Shown: piece by piece, positions 22,045-32,025 of the stretch
Position numbering within the stretch: position 1 is the first letter of the stretch
Layout of the letters: each line of letters begins with the position of its first letter
From: Candidatus Fermentibacterota bacterium
GTDB lineage: Bacteria; JAFGKV01
Assembly (NCBI GenBank): GCA_016928395.1
Contig: JAFGKV010000021.1
Location: forward strand, 1-57,493
Direction: 5' to 3'
Length of the DNA: 57,493 nt
The notes under the pieces: model-generated
The model's input: the letters and a program-made list of their open reading frames with translations, nothing else
Told to the model about the DNA's origin: nothing
The model's database searches: none
Program-made: the position numbers and the translations under genes

Positions 22045-22239
22045 GTGTCGTCTATTCGTGTGAAGGACAATGAATCATTCGAAGGCGCCCTGAAGCGCTT
22101 CAAGAAGAAGATCGAGAAGTCGGGGGTTTTGTCGGATCTTCGGAGGCACCAGCACTTCGAGAAGCCCAGTGTCCGCCGCAAGCGCAAGCTGTACGCGGCC
22201 CGCCGCAAGATGCGACAGCAACAGCAGTTGCAGAAGTAA
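22045..22239 (+). CDS. rpsU: 30S ribosomal protein S21
   Basis: ESFEGALKRFKK...FEKPSVRRKRK; strong AAGGAGG SD. Confidence 0.97.
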   Translation: MSSIRVKDNESFEGALKRFKKKIEKSGVLSDLRRHQHFEKPSVRRKRKLYAARRKMRQQQQLQK

Positions 22240-22243
22240 TCCC

Positions 22244-22693
22244 GTGCTCTCCGAGCGACTGGCCGAAGATCTGAAGGGCGCGATGAAGGCCAAGGATGAT
22301 GTGGCCCTGCGCACCGCGAGGATGCTGCGAACCGAGTTGCGGTATCGGGAGGACGAGGTGCGACGCCCCCTCAAGCCGGAGGATGAGGTCGCCGTGGTGC
22401 GAACCGCAATTCAGAGGAGGCGTGACGCGGCGGGCCAGTTCCGTGCTGCCGGCAGGGTGGATCTGGCGGTGAATGAAGAGGCCGAGGCCGAGTTCCTCAA
22501 CCGGTACATGCCCGAGCAACTGGACGAGACGGCCGTCGAAGCCCTCATCACGACGGTGCTGGCCGAGACGCATGCGGCTGGTCCACGCGATTTTGGGCGC
22601 CTCATGAAAGTGTTGATGGAACGGGTCGCCGGTCGCGCCGACGGAGGCACGGTGAGTCGACTGCTGCGCCAACGGTTGCAGGCCATGGCGTGA
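22244..22693 (+). CDS. GatB/YqeY domain protein
   Basis: L.ERL.EDLK.AMKAKD, YMPEQL, GRADG; usual position after rpsU. Confidence 0.9.
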   Translation: MLSERLAEDLKGAMKAKDDVALRTARMLRTELRYREDEVRRPLKPEDEVAVVRTAIQRRRDAAGQFRAAGRVDLAVNEEAEAEFLNRYMPEQLDETAVEALITTVLAETHAAGPRDFGRLMKVLMERVAGRADGGTVSRLLRQRLQAMA

Positions 22694-22714
22694 TTCTCAA
22701 CCTCCACCGTCACT

Positions 22715-24472
22715 ATGTCCCGATTCTCCGACGAACTTCTGGATAGGGTCCGGCAGGCCGCACCACTGGAACTGGTGGTGGAAGACTATGTGACCCTCAA
22801 GAAGGCCGGCAAGCATCTGAAGGCCCTGTGCCCGTTCCACGAGGAGAAGACACCATCGTTCGTGGTGTCGCCGGAAACTGGGCTTTTCTACTGCTATGGC
22901 TGCCACAAGGGCGGCAATGTGTTTACCTTCCTCATGGAGATGGAGAACCTCCCGTTCCCCGATGCGGTTCGGCAGATCGCGGAGCGGTTCGGCGTACCGC
23001 TTCCATCCCAGGTGGCATCAGGGGAGGGAGCCGACATTCTCTCGGTGAACCGGTGGGCGGCGGAGCTGTACGGGCGATTTCTCCTGGCCGAACCAGGTGG
23101 CCGCCCGGCGCGGGAGTATCTCCGTGGAAGAACCCTCGCCGGGGAATCCATCCGAGGATTCGGCCTTGGCGCGTCACCTGACGAATGGCAGTTTCTAGTC
23201 AACGCGGCCCACCGCGAGGGAATACCCCCTGGCGTTCTGCTGGAAGCGGGGCTCGCCATCAAACGCCGGGACGGCACTGGCCTGCTGGATCGATTCCGCA
23301 ACCGGCTCATGTTCCCCTTGCACAGCCCGGCGGGACAGGTGGTTGCCTTCGCGGGCAGGGTCTTACCGGGAAACCCCGACGATGCGAAATACGTCAACTC
23401 CCCGGAGACGGCCGCCTACCACAAATCACGATTCATCTACGGCATGCACCAAGCCAGAAGGGCGATGAGTGACAAAGGCAGGGCACTTCTGGTGGAGGGG
23501 TACTTCGACGTCATCCGCTGTCATGAGCGTGGTTTCACCGAAGCTGTCGCGGTCAGCGGGACCGCTCTCAGCCCCGAGCAGGTCTCCCTCCTGCGGCGAA
23601 AAGCGCCGGAAGTGATCGTGATGTTCGACGGTGACGATGCCGGCCAATCGGCTGCCGAGAGGGCCGTTGGTCTGCTTCTGGAGGATTCCCTGCCATGCAG
23701 GGTGGCGTGCCTGCCCAAGGGGGAGGATCCTGACCAGGTCCTCCAGGCCCACGGCGCCGAGGCATTGGATGCCTTCATTGCAAAGGCCCTGCCTGCAGTG
23801 CAATTCTTGGTGGCGAGGGCTCAGAAGACGGCGCGACGTGACCGCGACATCGTACACGCAGTGGGGCCCACCTTGGCTCGTATACCGGATCCGCTTCTGC
23901 GCGAGGAGATGGCCGGCGAGCTGGCACAGGCCCTCGGGTTCACGAGGGATGCCGTGTTGGCGTCCCTGCGCCAGGTCAAACAGAGCCGCAGGGCATCTGC
24001 CCCGGGCACGGCATCACACCGTATGACTGCGTGGGAAGAACAGGTGTGCCGCCATCTGCTGCTTCGGCCGGCCGAGCGCGGGTCCATTCTCGAAGACATC
24101 GCTCCGTCTGACTTTGTCAGTCCATTACTGCGAAGGCTCTATGAATGGATCGCCCTCCATGGAGGCGACTTGGAGGCACGGAAGGTCGTCGACAAGATCG
24201 AGGACACCGCTCTCAAGCGTGTAGCCACGGGTTTGACCGTATCCGAAACGCCTCTTGGCCCGGTTGAGAAGGATGTGATGCGCTTCAAGATCGAGAAGCT
24301 CGTCCGAGCGATGCGTGAGGTTCGGCAGCGCATCGAGGCCGCGGAGTCTAATGGTGCGAGCAGGGAGGTACAGGCCCTGCTGGCAGAGTTAACCGATCTA
24401 GGCGCCACGGTGGACGGGTTGCGGTGTACGCTGAGCGGCATGTCATCGCTGCCGTGTCGGCCCGGTTCCTGA
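22715..24472 (+). CDS. dnaG: DNA primase
   Basis: CHC2 zinc finger CPFH...CYGC, DRFRNRLMFP, KYVNSPET, EGYFD, FDGDDAG. Confidence 0.97.
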   Translation: MSRFSDELLDRVRQAAPLELVVEDYVTLKKAGKHLKALCPFHEEKTPSFVVSPETGLFYCYGCHKGGNVFTFLMEMENLPFPDAVRQIAERFGVPLPSQVASGEGADILSVNRWAAELYGRFLLAEPGGRPAREYLRGRTLAGESIRGFGLGASPDEWQFLVNAAHREGIPPGVLLEAGLAIKRRDGTGLLDRFRNRLMFPLHSPAGQVVAFAGRVLPGNPDDAKYVNSPETAAYHKSRFIYGMHQARRAMSDKGRALLVEGYFDVIRCHERGFTEAVAVSGTALSPEQVSLLRRKAPEVIVMFDGDDAGQSAAERAVGLLLEDSLPCRVACLPKGEDPDQVLQAHGAEALDAFIAKALPAVQFLVARAQKTARRDRDIVHAVGPTLARIPDPLLREEMAGELAQALGFTRDAVLASLRQVKQSRRASAPGTASHRMTAWEEQVCRHLLLRPAERGSILEDIAPSDFVSPLLRRLYEWIALHGGDLEARKVVDKIEDTALKRVATGLTVSETPLGPVEKDVMRFKIEKLVRAMREVRQRIEAAESNGASREVQALLAELTDLGATVDGLRCTLSGMSSLPCRPGS

Positions 24473-24474
24473 CC

Positions 24475-25764
24475 ATGGCCATTCCAGAGCCCTGGCGTCG
24501 CCAGCTCAGAGACCTGATGGCCGCCAGTGCGTCGCGGGGCTATGTCACCTACGACGAACTCAGTCAACGGCTTGCCGGAATCGAGGCTGATCCGGCCGCC
24601 CTGGAGGCGGCTCTCGGCATGCTGGAGGCCGCTCATGTTGAGCTCGTTGACTCGCAACCGTTGGGCAAGCCCGGCCCCTCTGAGGAGGCCGTGCCCGCCG
24701 CTCAGGACGGCGATGTCCCCGACATTGTGGCAGCTTACCAGCGAGACCTGGCACGGGTAGAGCCCTTGGCGGAAGAAGCACAGCGTGCCATTGGCGCCAA
24801 GCTTCAGCGAGCACTGGAAGCGCTTCAAGGAATCCTCGATGAGTTGCCATCCACGGCATCGAGCCCAGCTCCAGTGGCGTGGAGACAAGGCTCTGCAGGT
24901 GATGATGCGCCGACGCCTGACGTGAGCTCATTGTATGAGAGGGCCGTCGCCTTGGAGCGATGTGCCTCCAATCGTGATTGCAGCGAATCCACGCCTGGGC
25001 TCAACACCGCAATAGCAGCGCGAATACGACAGAGTAGAGAGGCCCTTGACGATGCCCGGGAGCAACTCGTCCGGGGTACGATGAGGCTGGTCTTTTACTT
25101 GGCCCGCCACTACGAGAATCGTGGGGTTGAACTCCTCGATCTTGTTCAGGAAGGCAATGCCGGCCTCCTCCGCGCCGCGCAGCGGTTCGACCCCCGACGG
25201 GGTCACCCCTTCGCCTCCTATGCGACCTGGTGGATTCGCCACGCGCTTGCCAAAGCCGTGCGAGAGCAGGGCAAGTCGTTCAAGATCCCTCCCGAGTTGG
25301 ACTCCCAGATACACCGGCTGAATCTGGAGCGACGCCGCCAGAGCCAGGCTTTGGGGCGTGAGCCTTCCACCGGAGAGCTGGCTTCGGCCCTTGGCGTTGA
25401 TGAGTCGCACGTCACACGGCTGCTGCGCATGGTGGCCGCACCTCTGCGCCTCGACGGACCCGCAGGAGAGGCGGACGGCTCTCTGGAAGGCGTCCTGGAT
25501 GCCGGCGCTGACGACACGGGGCTTTCGGTGGCCGATCAGGCCATCCTCAAGACCGAGGTGGCCCGGGTGCTGGAGACGCTGGATCCCCGGGAGCAGGAGG
25601 TTATGCGTCTTCGCTTCGGCATTGCCGACGGCGTGACAAAGCCGATCGAAGAGGTAGCAGCGCTCCTCCGCATGACTCGGGAACGGGGACGTCAAATCGA
25701 GGAGCGCGCCCTCAGGAAACTCCGACACCCCACCCGCCGCCATCGCCTCGAAGGGCTGGACTGA
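24475..25764 (+). CDS. rpoD: RNA polymerase sigma-70 factor, RpoD-like (divergent)
   Basis: Region 1.1-like GYVTYDEL, DLVQEGNAGL, YATWWIR, TRERGRQIE..ALRKLRHP; rpsU-dnaG-rpoD synteny. Orthology to the primary sigma is uncertain. Confidence 0.8.
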   Translation: MAIPEPWRRQLRDLMAASASRGYVTYDELSQRLAGIEADPAALEAALGMLEAAHVELVDSQPLGKPGPSEEAVPAAQDGDVPDIVAAYQRDLARVEPLAEEAQRAIGAKLQRALEALQGILDELPSTASSPAPVAWRQGSAGDDAPTPDVSSLYERAVALERCASNRDCSESTPGLNTAIAARIRQSREALDDAREQLVRGTMRLVFYLARHYENRGVELLDLVQEGNAGLLRAAQRFDPRRGHPFASYATWWIRHALAKAVREQGKSFKIPPELDSQIHRLNLERRRQSQALGREPSTGELASALGVDESHVTRLLRMVAAPLRLDGPAGEADGSLEGVLDAGADDTGLSVADQAILKTEVARVLETLDPREQEVMRLRFGIADGVTKPIEEVAALLRMTRERGRQIEERALRKLRHPTRRHRLEGLD

Positions 25765-25825
25765 TTCACTTGCGGCCGGTGGTGCTATGCCTAAGTTCGG
25801 TCAGTGGCGGAATGTGTGGAATCGA

Positions 25826-25900
25826 GGGCCCATAGCTCAACGGTAGAGCGTCCGGCTCATAACCGGCTGGTTCCTGGTTCGAATCCGGGTGGGCCCACCA
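25826..25900 (+). tRNA. tRNA with CAU anticodon, most likely tRNA-Ile2 (lysidine)
   Basis: Cloverleaf GGGCCCA/TGGGCCC-ACCA, anticodon loop CTCATAA, T loop TTCGAAT. Paired G1-C72 excludes fMet; position after rpoD resembles E. coli ileX. Confidence 0.93.
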
Positions 25901-26077
25901 TTTCGTGCCGCAGGCTCGCGTCGCGGGAAGGCAGTCGGTAACGGCATGACCATCGAGATCGTCTACGCGGGAAAGGCACCCTGTGAACGCGGTGGCTGCG
26001 TTCTTCTTCCGCCGCGTACCTGATTTCCCCCTTGATCCCCATGGGGGCAACGATGCTCTCGGCTCAGCGCTCGACGG

Positions 26078-27427
26078 TCAGCGACGCCGTCTGATCAGTC
26101 CCACGGCGTCGGCAACGGTTGCGACCCCAAAACACTCCAACGTTCCGGCTACCTCGTCGCTGTTGCGAAACGGCACGATTATCTTCGACAATCCCAGCTT
26201 GGCCGCTTCCCGGGCCCGTTTCGATGCCTGAGTGATCCGGCGGACTTCACCCGCCAAACCGACCTCGCCGCACGCGGCGATACGCCCGGGAAGGGCCTCA
26301 TCAATAACCGCAGAGGCCACAGCCAGCACCACACCCAAGTCTGCCGCTGGCTCGACGACCTGGACGCCGCCCACCACGTTTACGAACACATCCTTGCTGC
26401 TGGTGTGAATGCCCGCACGCTTCTCCAGCACTGCCAGCAGTAGAGAAAGCCGCTGCCGGTCGATACCCGTGCAGACCCGTTGCGGGGTTGGGTATGCTGT
26501 GGGCGACACCAGAGCCTGCACCTCCACCACGAGAGTCCTGCTGCCTTCTTGTGTGGCGATGAGTACGCTCCCGGATACCGGCTCGGCATGCTCTTCCACA
26601 AAGAAGCGAGACACGTCAACGGCATCTATCAGCCCTCGTTCTCCCATCTCGAACACGCCGATTTCATTGGTGGACCCGAAGCGATTCTTGGTGGCCCGCA
26701 GTACGCGGAAGCTCTGGAACCGTTCACCCTCGAAGTAGAGCACCGTATCCACCATGTGTTCGAGAACGCGGGGACCGGCCAGAGCACCTTCCTTTGTGAC
26801 GTGGCCCACCAGAAATGTGGCAACGTTTCTGGTCTTTGCGAGCCGCATGAGCCGGGAGGCGCACTGCCGGACCTGCGAAACCGTTCCCGGCGCACCGGAG
26901 ATGGAAGGAAGATAGAGAGTCTGCACCGAATCAGCGATGAGTACCGCGGGCGAGAGATCGGTTGCTGCCTGCTCTACGGCCTCCACATCGTTGTTCGCCA
27001 TTACCTCAATGCCCTGGGTTGGCAAACCCAAACGCTGCGCCCGCAACGCGAGCTGTTGGCTCGATTCCTCACCGGATGCGTAGAGAACCTTGCGGCCTGT
27101 CGACGCCACCCGCGCCGCAGTCTGGAGCAACAGCGTTGACTTGCCGATGCCCGGGTCGCCCCCCAGAAGCACCAAAGAGCCGGGAACGATGCCCCCACCT
27201 AACACCAGATCCAACTCGGCTGAACCCGAAGTGAACCGAAGTGCCTCGGCGTCACCGACCTCAGACAGTGGTGCGGGCCTCTCGCCGCCGGGGATTGCGA
27301 AGGCGGGTTGGGGTTCGTCACGTTCTTCGCTGTAGGTGTTCCATTGCCCGCATTCGGGGCAGCGACCCTGCCAGCGAGGGCTTTGGGCACCGCACTCGTT
27401 GCAGCGAAATACCGTGTGCTTCGTCAC
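26078..27427 (-). CDS. radA: DNA repair protein RadA/Sms
   Basis: CxxC-x10-CxxC finger, GDPGIGKST, KNRFG. Confidence 0.97.
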   Translation of the reverse strand: MTKHTVFRCNECGAQSPRWQGRCPECGQWNTYSEERDEPQPAFAIPGGERPAPLSEVGDAEALRFTSGSAELDLVLGGGIVPGSLVLLGGDPGIGKSTLLLQTAARVASTGRKVLYASGEESSQQLALRAQRLGLPTQGIEVMANNDVEAVEQAATDLSPAVLIADSVQTLYLPSISGAPGTVSQVRQCASRLMRLAKTRNVATFLVGHVTKEGALAGPRVLEHMVDTVLYFEGERFQSFRVLRATKNRFGSTNEIGVFEMGERGLIDAVDVSRFFVEEHAEPVSGSVLIATQEGSRTLVVEVQALVSPTAYPTPQRVCTGIDRQRLSLLLAVLEKRAGIHTSSKDVFVNVVGGVQVVEPAADLGVVLAVASAVIDEALPGRIAACGEVGLAGEVRRITQASKRAREAAKLGLSKIIVPFRNSDEVAGTLECFGVATVADAVGLIRRRR

Positions 27428-28773
27428 GGCGCCACCACCCGGGACGAGGCGCTGTAGAATCGGGTGGTGTCTGACTTGAACACGAGGTCTACAGTCCCCG
27501 TAGGACCATTCCGCTGTTTGGCGATGATCAGTTCGGTCTTGCTTTGGTCTTCGTCACGGTCATATGCTCCGGGACGATAAATGAGCAGCACAACATCAGC
27601 ATCCTGTTCGATGGCGCCGGACTCCCTGAGGTCCGAGAGCTGCGGCCGCTTGCCCTCACGGCGATCCTCGGGTTTGCGGTTGAGTTGGGACAATGCAATC
27701 ACCGGGATCTCGAGTTCCTTCGCCAATGCCTTCAGTCCCCGGGAAATCTCGGAGATCTCTATTTGCCGTGATTCTGAGCCTCTCCCCGCCGACATCAGTT
27801 GGAGGTAATCGACCACCACGAGACCGATCTCGTGCTCCGATTTCAGACGGCGCGCCTTGGCACGCAACTCCGCTACCGAGAGACCGGCACTATCATCCAC
27901 CCATAGCTGCGCGTCGGAAAGCACACCCATCACACCCGTCACTGCACGCCAGTCGCTCTCGCCCATGCGGCCTGTACGCAAACGATGCGAATCCACATTG
28001 GCTTCTGCGCTCAAGAGGCGCTGGGCAATCTCGAAATGGCTCATCTCCAAGCTGAAGAAAGCGCAGGGGACCTTTTCGCGGACGGCGACGTGCCGCATCA
28101 CGTCCAATGCCAGGGCGGTCTTCCCCATGGCGGGACGCCCGGCAATGATGATCACATTGCCCGGGTGAAGCCCACTCAGGCGTTCATCGAGATCAGTGAA
28201 CCCTGTGGCCAGACCTGATCGTTTCCGGTCACCACCATGGATCGCATCCAATTCGACCAAGGCCTCGGTAACGAGTTCCTTGAGCGGCCTGAAGCGCCCG
28301 GTCCGGCGTGACTGCCCGACCTTGTACACCGCCTGCTCGGCCTCATCGAGGAACCGTTCGACATTGTCAGGGCCCTGATAGCACTCGGACGTTATCCTGG
28401 TCGCAACGACGATCAGCTCCCGCAGCTTGGCCTTCTCGGCGACGATGCGGGCATAGTAGTCGACATTGGCTGCCGTTGCCACGTGCTCCAGTAGCTCTGT
28501 GAGATAGAGCAAGCCCCCTACTGCGTCCAGACTCCCTGCGGCTCGCAGACTCTCCTGCAACGTCACGAGATCGATGGGAACCCCCTTGGCCTGGAGGCCC
28601 AGCATGGCACTGTAGATCGTTCGATTGGCCGGGGAGTAGAAGGCATCGCCGTCCAGAGTCTCCTGCACGGTGAGCAGGGCATTTCGGTCCAGCATCACGG
28701 CACCCAGGACCGCCAACTCCGCTTCGGGTGCCTGGGGAGGAACGAAACCGGCGCTGCCGCGTTCGGTTCTCAT
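27424..28773 (-). CDS. dnaB: Replicative DNA helicase DnaB
   Basis: PPQAPEAE.AVLG, GRPAMGKT, DYLQL, DLRESGAIEQDAD, KQRNGPTG; no intein. Confidence 0.97.
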   Translation of the reverse strand: MRTERGSAGFVPPQAPEAELAVLGAVMLDRNALLTVQETLDGDAFYSPANRTIYSAMLGLQAKGVPIDLVTLQESLRAAGSLDAVGGLLYLTELLEHVATAANVDYYARIVAEKAKLRELIVVATRITSECYQGPDNVERFLDEAEQAVYKVGQSRRTGRFRPLKELVTEALVELDAIHGGDRKRSGLATGFTDLDERLSGLHPGNVIIIAGRPAMGKTALALDVMRHVAVREKVPCAFFSLEMSHFEIAQRLLSAEANVDSHRLRTGRMGESDWRAVTGVMGVLSDAQLWVDDSAGLSVAELRAKARRLKSEHEIGLVVVDYLQLMSAGRGSESRQIEISEISRGLKALAKELEIPVIALSQLNRKPEDRREGKRPQLSDLRESGAIEQDADVVLLIYRPGAYDRDEDQSKTELIIAKQRNGPTGTVDLVFKSDTTRFYSASSRVVAP

Positions 28774-29498
28774 CTTCCCGCACTTCCCGTGAGAAGGCCC
28801 AGGTCTCGTGCAAGGTGCCAGATCCTCTTGATATCTCGCCATGCCTCGACACGATAATCGTCGGTATGCAGAAGGGCGGAGGGATGGTAGGTCACAATCA
28901 CGGCAGCATCTCCTCGACGATGAACAACGCCTCGCATGTCGCGGAGCAGAAGATCACCTCGCCGCAGCACCTCCCTTCCCGCGAACCGACCCAAACAGAC
29001 GATGAGACGGGGCGCCACGGCCACGAGCTGCGCATCGAGGAACGGCCTGCAGGCGTCGATCTCCTCCGGTGCAGGATCCCGATTACCCGGCGGACGACAC
29101 TTGAGCACATTGAGCAGGTAGTAGCGGTCGTCTGCTATGCCGGCCAGGTTGAGCAACCGGCGAAGAAGTTGGCCGCTGGGGCCTACGAAGGGCTTCCCTT
29201 CCCGGTCTTCCTGGTTTCCTGGGGCCTCGCCCACCATAACCAGGCTCGCGTTCGGATTCCCTGCTCCAGGGACAGCCGTTCGCCGTGTCTGGTGAAGGGC
29301 GCACGCACGACACGCTGCGACAGCCTGCTCCACGGATTGCAGAGACGGTGATACAGTGGGCCCGTTCACCATGAGAGCAATGGAGAACGGCGTGGCGCAG
29401 TAGATCTCGCCTTCGCCCAAATCACGCAGTTGCCGGAAGTAACCGAGGGCTTGGCGTCTGCTATTCGCCCTCGGCGAATGCGGGCTGACTTCTCTCAA
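28770..29498 (-). CDS. Uracil-DNA glycosylase, family 4 (Fe-S)
   Basis: CRAC, GEAPG..ED.EG.PFVG, KCRPP.NR, TYHPS. Start uncertain (29498 or 29372). Confidence 0.92.
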   Translation of the reverse strand: MREVSPHSPRANSRRQALGYFRQLRDLGEGEIYCATPFSIALMVNGPTVSPSLQSVEQAVAACRACALHQTRRTAVPGAGNPNASLVMVGEAPGNQEDREGKPFVGPSGQLLRRLLNLAGIADDRYYLLNVLKCRPPGNRDPAPEEIDACRPFLDAQLVAVAPRLIVCLGRFAGREVLRRGDLLLRDMRGVVHRRGDAAVIVTYHPSALLHTDDYRVEAWRDIKRIWHLARDLGLLTGSAGR

Positions 29499-29688
29499 CG
29501 TACCGCCATTTTACATCCTTGGCCATGAGCCGTTTCAGCGATTCCACCGTCGGCTTCACTGCACCTTCTGGCGCCCCTCCGGCGGCGAGGCGCAGCGCAG
29601 TGATGCGGCGGGCTTCCCGTGATGCCACGATGATGGCCTCATACTTGTTCCCGAATGTCTTTGCTATCTCGTCCACAGGAAAAACCAT
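29461..29688 (-). CDS. rpoZ: RNA polymerase omega subunit
   Basis: NKYEAIIVASREARRI, KPTVESL; follows gmk. Confidence 0.85.
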   Translation of the reverse strand: MVFPVDEIAKTFGNKYEAIIVASREARRITALRLAAGGAPEGAVKPTVESLKRLMAKDVKWRYVERSQPAFAEGE

Positions 29689-29691
29689 ACG

Positions 29692-30312
29692 TCACGCTCC
29701 TTCTGAGGATCGCCGAACCGCGTTGAGCCTCCACGCTCGCGACCTCTCGGCATCGATAATTGACCATACAGTATCAACGCACTTGTCTATCTTGTCATTG
29801 ATCACCAAGTAATCATACGCGGCCATGCCTTGCTCGATCTCTCGGGTAGCCTCCCGAAGACGTGTGGCCACGGCATGTTCGTCGTCGGTTCCCCTCGTCC
29901 GCAGCCTGGAGGCCAGATCCTGGAGGGAAGGTGGGAGTAGAAACACGGCCACGGATCCGGGCACCGACGACATCACTTGCATGCCACCCTGTACATCGAT
30001 ATCAAGCAAGGTGATTCTCCCGCCCTCGGTGCCCCTCTGGATCTCCGCCCGAGGCGTCCCGTAGAACTGGTCGTACACGCACGCCCATTCCAGCAGAAGG
30101 CCGTCACCTATGAGTCGAGTGAAAGCGTCGCGAGTCACGAAATGATAGTGGATACCATCAATTTCGCCACCCCGGAGAGGGCGTGTCGTTGCGGACACCG
30201 AGACGTAGAACACTTCAGGATGCGTGGTTACCAGCTGCTGTACCAGTGTCGTCTTGCCCGTACCGGATGGCGCGGAGATAACCACCGGAAAAGGCGAGGG
30301 GCTACTCAACAT
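29692..30312 (-). CDS. gmk: Guanylate kinase
   Basis: SAPSGTGKTT, SATTRP.R.GEIDG.HYHF, YGT, DIDVQG. Confidence 0.96.
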   Translation of the reverse strand: MLSSPSPFPVVISAPSGTGKTTLVQQLVTTHPEVFYVSVSATTRPLRGGEIDGIHYHFVTRDAFTRLIGDGLLLEWACVYDQFYGTPRAEIQRGTEGGRITLLDIDVQGGMQVMSSVPGSVAVFLLPPSLQDLASRLRTRGTDDEHAVATRLREATREIEQGMAAYDYLVINDKIDKCVDTVWSIIDAERSRAWRLNAVRRSSEGA

Positions 30313-31165
30313 TGGCGACTTGCTCCCTCATCTGGTCGACCAAGGCCCGAGCGGCGAGAGTCAGTCTCGTTACCTCCAACAACGTCGTCTTGCCCGCCAG
30401 CGTGTTCAACTCCCGCTGCATCTCCTGAAGGAGGAACTCCAGCATCTTACCGTGAGGTCCCGCCGTATCCATCCGCTCTCTCCACGCCGACACATGTGCC
30501 TGTACCCGCACCACCTCTTCCCGTGCGTCGGAGCGCACTAAGAGCAATGCCACCTCTCGTGAGATGCGGTCCGTGTCCGCCAGCGCATCCACACCGGCAT
30601 CGCCGAGTCTTCGCATAGCGGTCTCCAGCCGCTTCTTGGTCTCTCGTGCGATCTCCGGCGTCAGCGCCTCCACCTCTGTCATGCATGCGCCGATGGCATC
30701 AAGCTGTGCCGTGAATTCGGCATGAATCTCCTTGCCCTCGGCCTCGCGAGCCCGGATCAACCCATCAATCGCCTGTTCTACCAGTGTGATGCATAGTGCC
30801 CCATGGTCATGGGGGGAGAGACCACCCGAGTTGCCCACTCCCGCAGACAGAACCTGGAGGATATCACTCCGGGATACCGACCCGGGTTGGATGGCGCGAA
30901 GCTCCCTGGCACTGGAGCGGTAGAGCATTCTCGATAGCGCTCCACCGTTGTTCTCCCCACCCTGCCAGAACACGGAGACAACCACTTTGCCCCTTGAGAT
31001 GCGTGCGCGCACGGCTTTCGCCAATGGCCCCTCCAGATGCTCCCAGCGGGGGGGCAAGCGAAATGTCATATCCAGGAATCTCGCATTGACGCTGCGCACT
31101 TCAGCCGTGAGCCCTCGTCGGCCAATTGCGCCCGATGCACTTCCGAATCCGGTCATGCTCCTCAT
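30302..31165 (-). CDS. yicC: YicC/YloC family endoribonuclease
   Basis: [37 protein letters not shown] overlap with prmC. Confidence 0.93.
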   Translation of the reverse strand: MRSMTGFGSASGAIGRRGLTAEVRSVNARFLDMTFRLPPRWEHLEGPLAKAVRARISRGKVVVSVFWQGGENNGGALSRMLYRSSARELRAIQPGSVSRSDILQVLSAGVGNSGGLSPHDHGALCITLVEQAIDGLIRAREAEGKEIHAEFTAQLDAIGACMTEVEALTPEIARETKKRLETAMRRLGDAGVDALADTDRISREVALLLVRSDAREEVVRVQAHVSAWRERMDTAGPHGKMLEFLLQEMQRELNTLAGKTTLLEVTRLTLAARALVDQMREQVANVE

Positions 31166-32025
31166 TGTTCGCACCCAGCCATGGCCCCTCGCATCACTCG
31201 GCTGCGGCCCGCATAGTCCTCCACTATCTCTGCGCTTTGGAATCCGTGCGTCAGTGCGCATTCCACCGCTCGACCTGCCTGTTCGGGGCTGATTTCGAGA
31301 ATGAGGAATCCTTGGGGGTTGAGATGTCGAGGCGCATGGGCGATAATCTCCCCCAGATGGGAGAAGCCATCAGGCCCCCCGTCCAACGCGACATGAGGCT
31401 CCCACTCTCTCACCGAGGGAGGGAGCCCTGGGATGGCGGTGGCTGCGATATACGGAGGATTGCTGACGATAAGATCCCACTGGGCACTGGTCCAGGCCAA
31501 CCAGTCGGCTCGAACGAGCCGCACACGACCGGCACGCATCACACTGGAGAGGTTCCGTGCCGCCGTGTCCAAGGCGGGTGGCCAGATGTCGGTTGCCGTT
31601 ATGCGCGCCTGGGGGATTGCATGGGCCAAGGCCAATGAGATACAGCCGCTTCCCGTACCCAACTCCAGGATATATGGCTCTGCCAGACCGGCATCCTTGC
31701 ACGACTCGATGGCCGTATTGACTAGAACTTCAGTCTCCGGCCTGGGTATGAGTGTGCCGGGATTCACTTCAACCTCTACCTCGTGGAAAGGGACCTTCCC
31801 CAACACATACGCCTCGGGTTCGCCGGACGCCAGGCGATGGATGGCCAGAGCCATGGATCGCGAGAGAGGAGGCGGAATCCGATCCGCCGCGCCTGCCGGC
31901 AGGAAAAACGACGACATCCCTGCCAACCGGGTAGTAAATCTCCACGCTTCCGCCCGCGCATGTTGTCCGGGAAGAGACTCCCCCAGGACGCCCGCTACGG
32001 TCTCAACTGCGTCGAGCCAGGTCAT
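31162..32025 (-). CDS. prmC: Release factor glutamine methyltransferase PrmC/HemK
   Basis: [31 protein letters not shown]. Confidence 0.95.
   Translation of the reverse strand: MTWLDAVETVAGVLGESLPGQHARAEAWRFTTRLAGMSSFFLPAGAADRIPPPLSRSMALAIHRLASGEPEAYVLGKVPFHEVEVEVNPGTLIPRPETEVLVNTAIESCKDAGLAEPYILELGTGSGCISLALAHAIPQARITATDIWPPALDTAARNLSSVMRAGRVRLVRADWLAWTSAQWDLIVSNPPYIAATAIPGLPPSVREWEPHVALDGGPDGFSHLGEIIAHAPRHLNPQGFLILEISPEQAGRAVECALTHGFQSAEIVEDYAGRSRVMRGAMAGCEQ

Noticed and set aside
25826-26077. Integrated element at the tRNA
   Set aside because: No integrase and no duplicated tRNA 3' end seen; radA ends 178 bp away.
28379-28404. CIRCE half-site TAGCACTC
   Set aside because: Lies inside dnaB and has no matching right arm.
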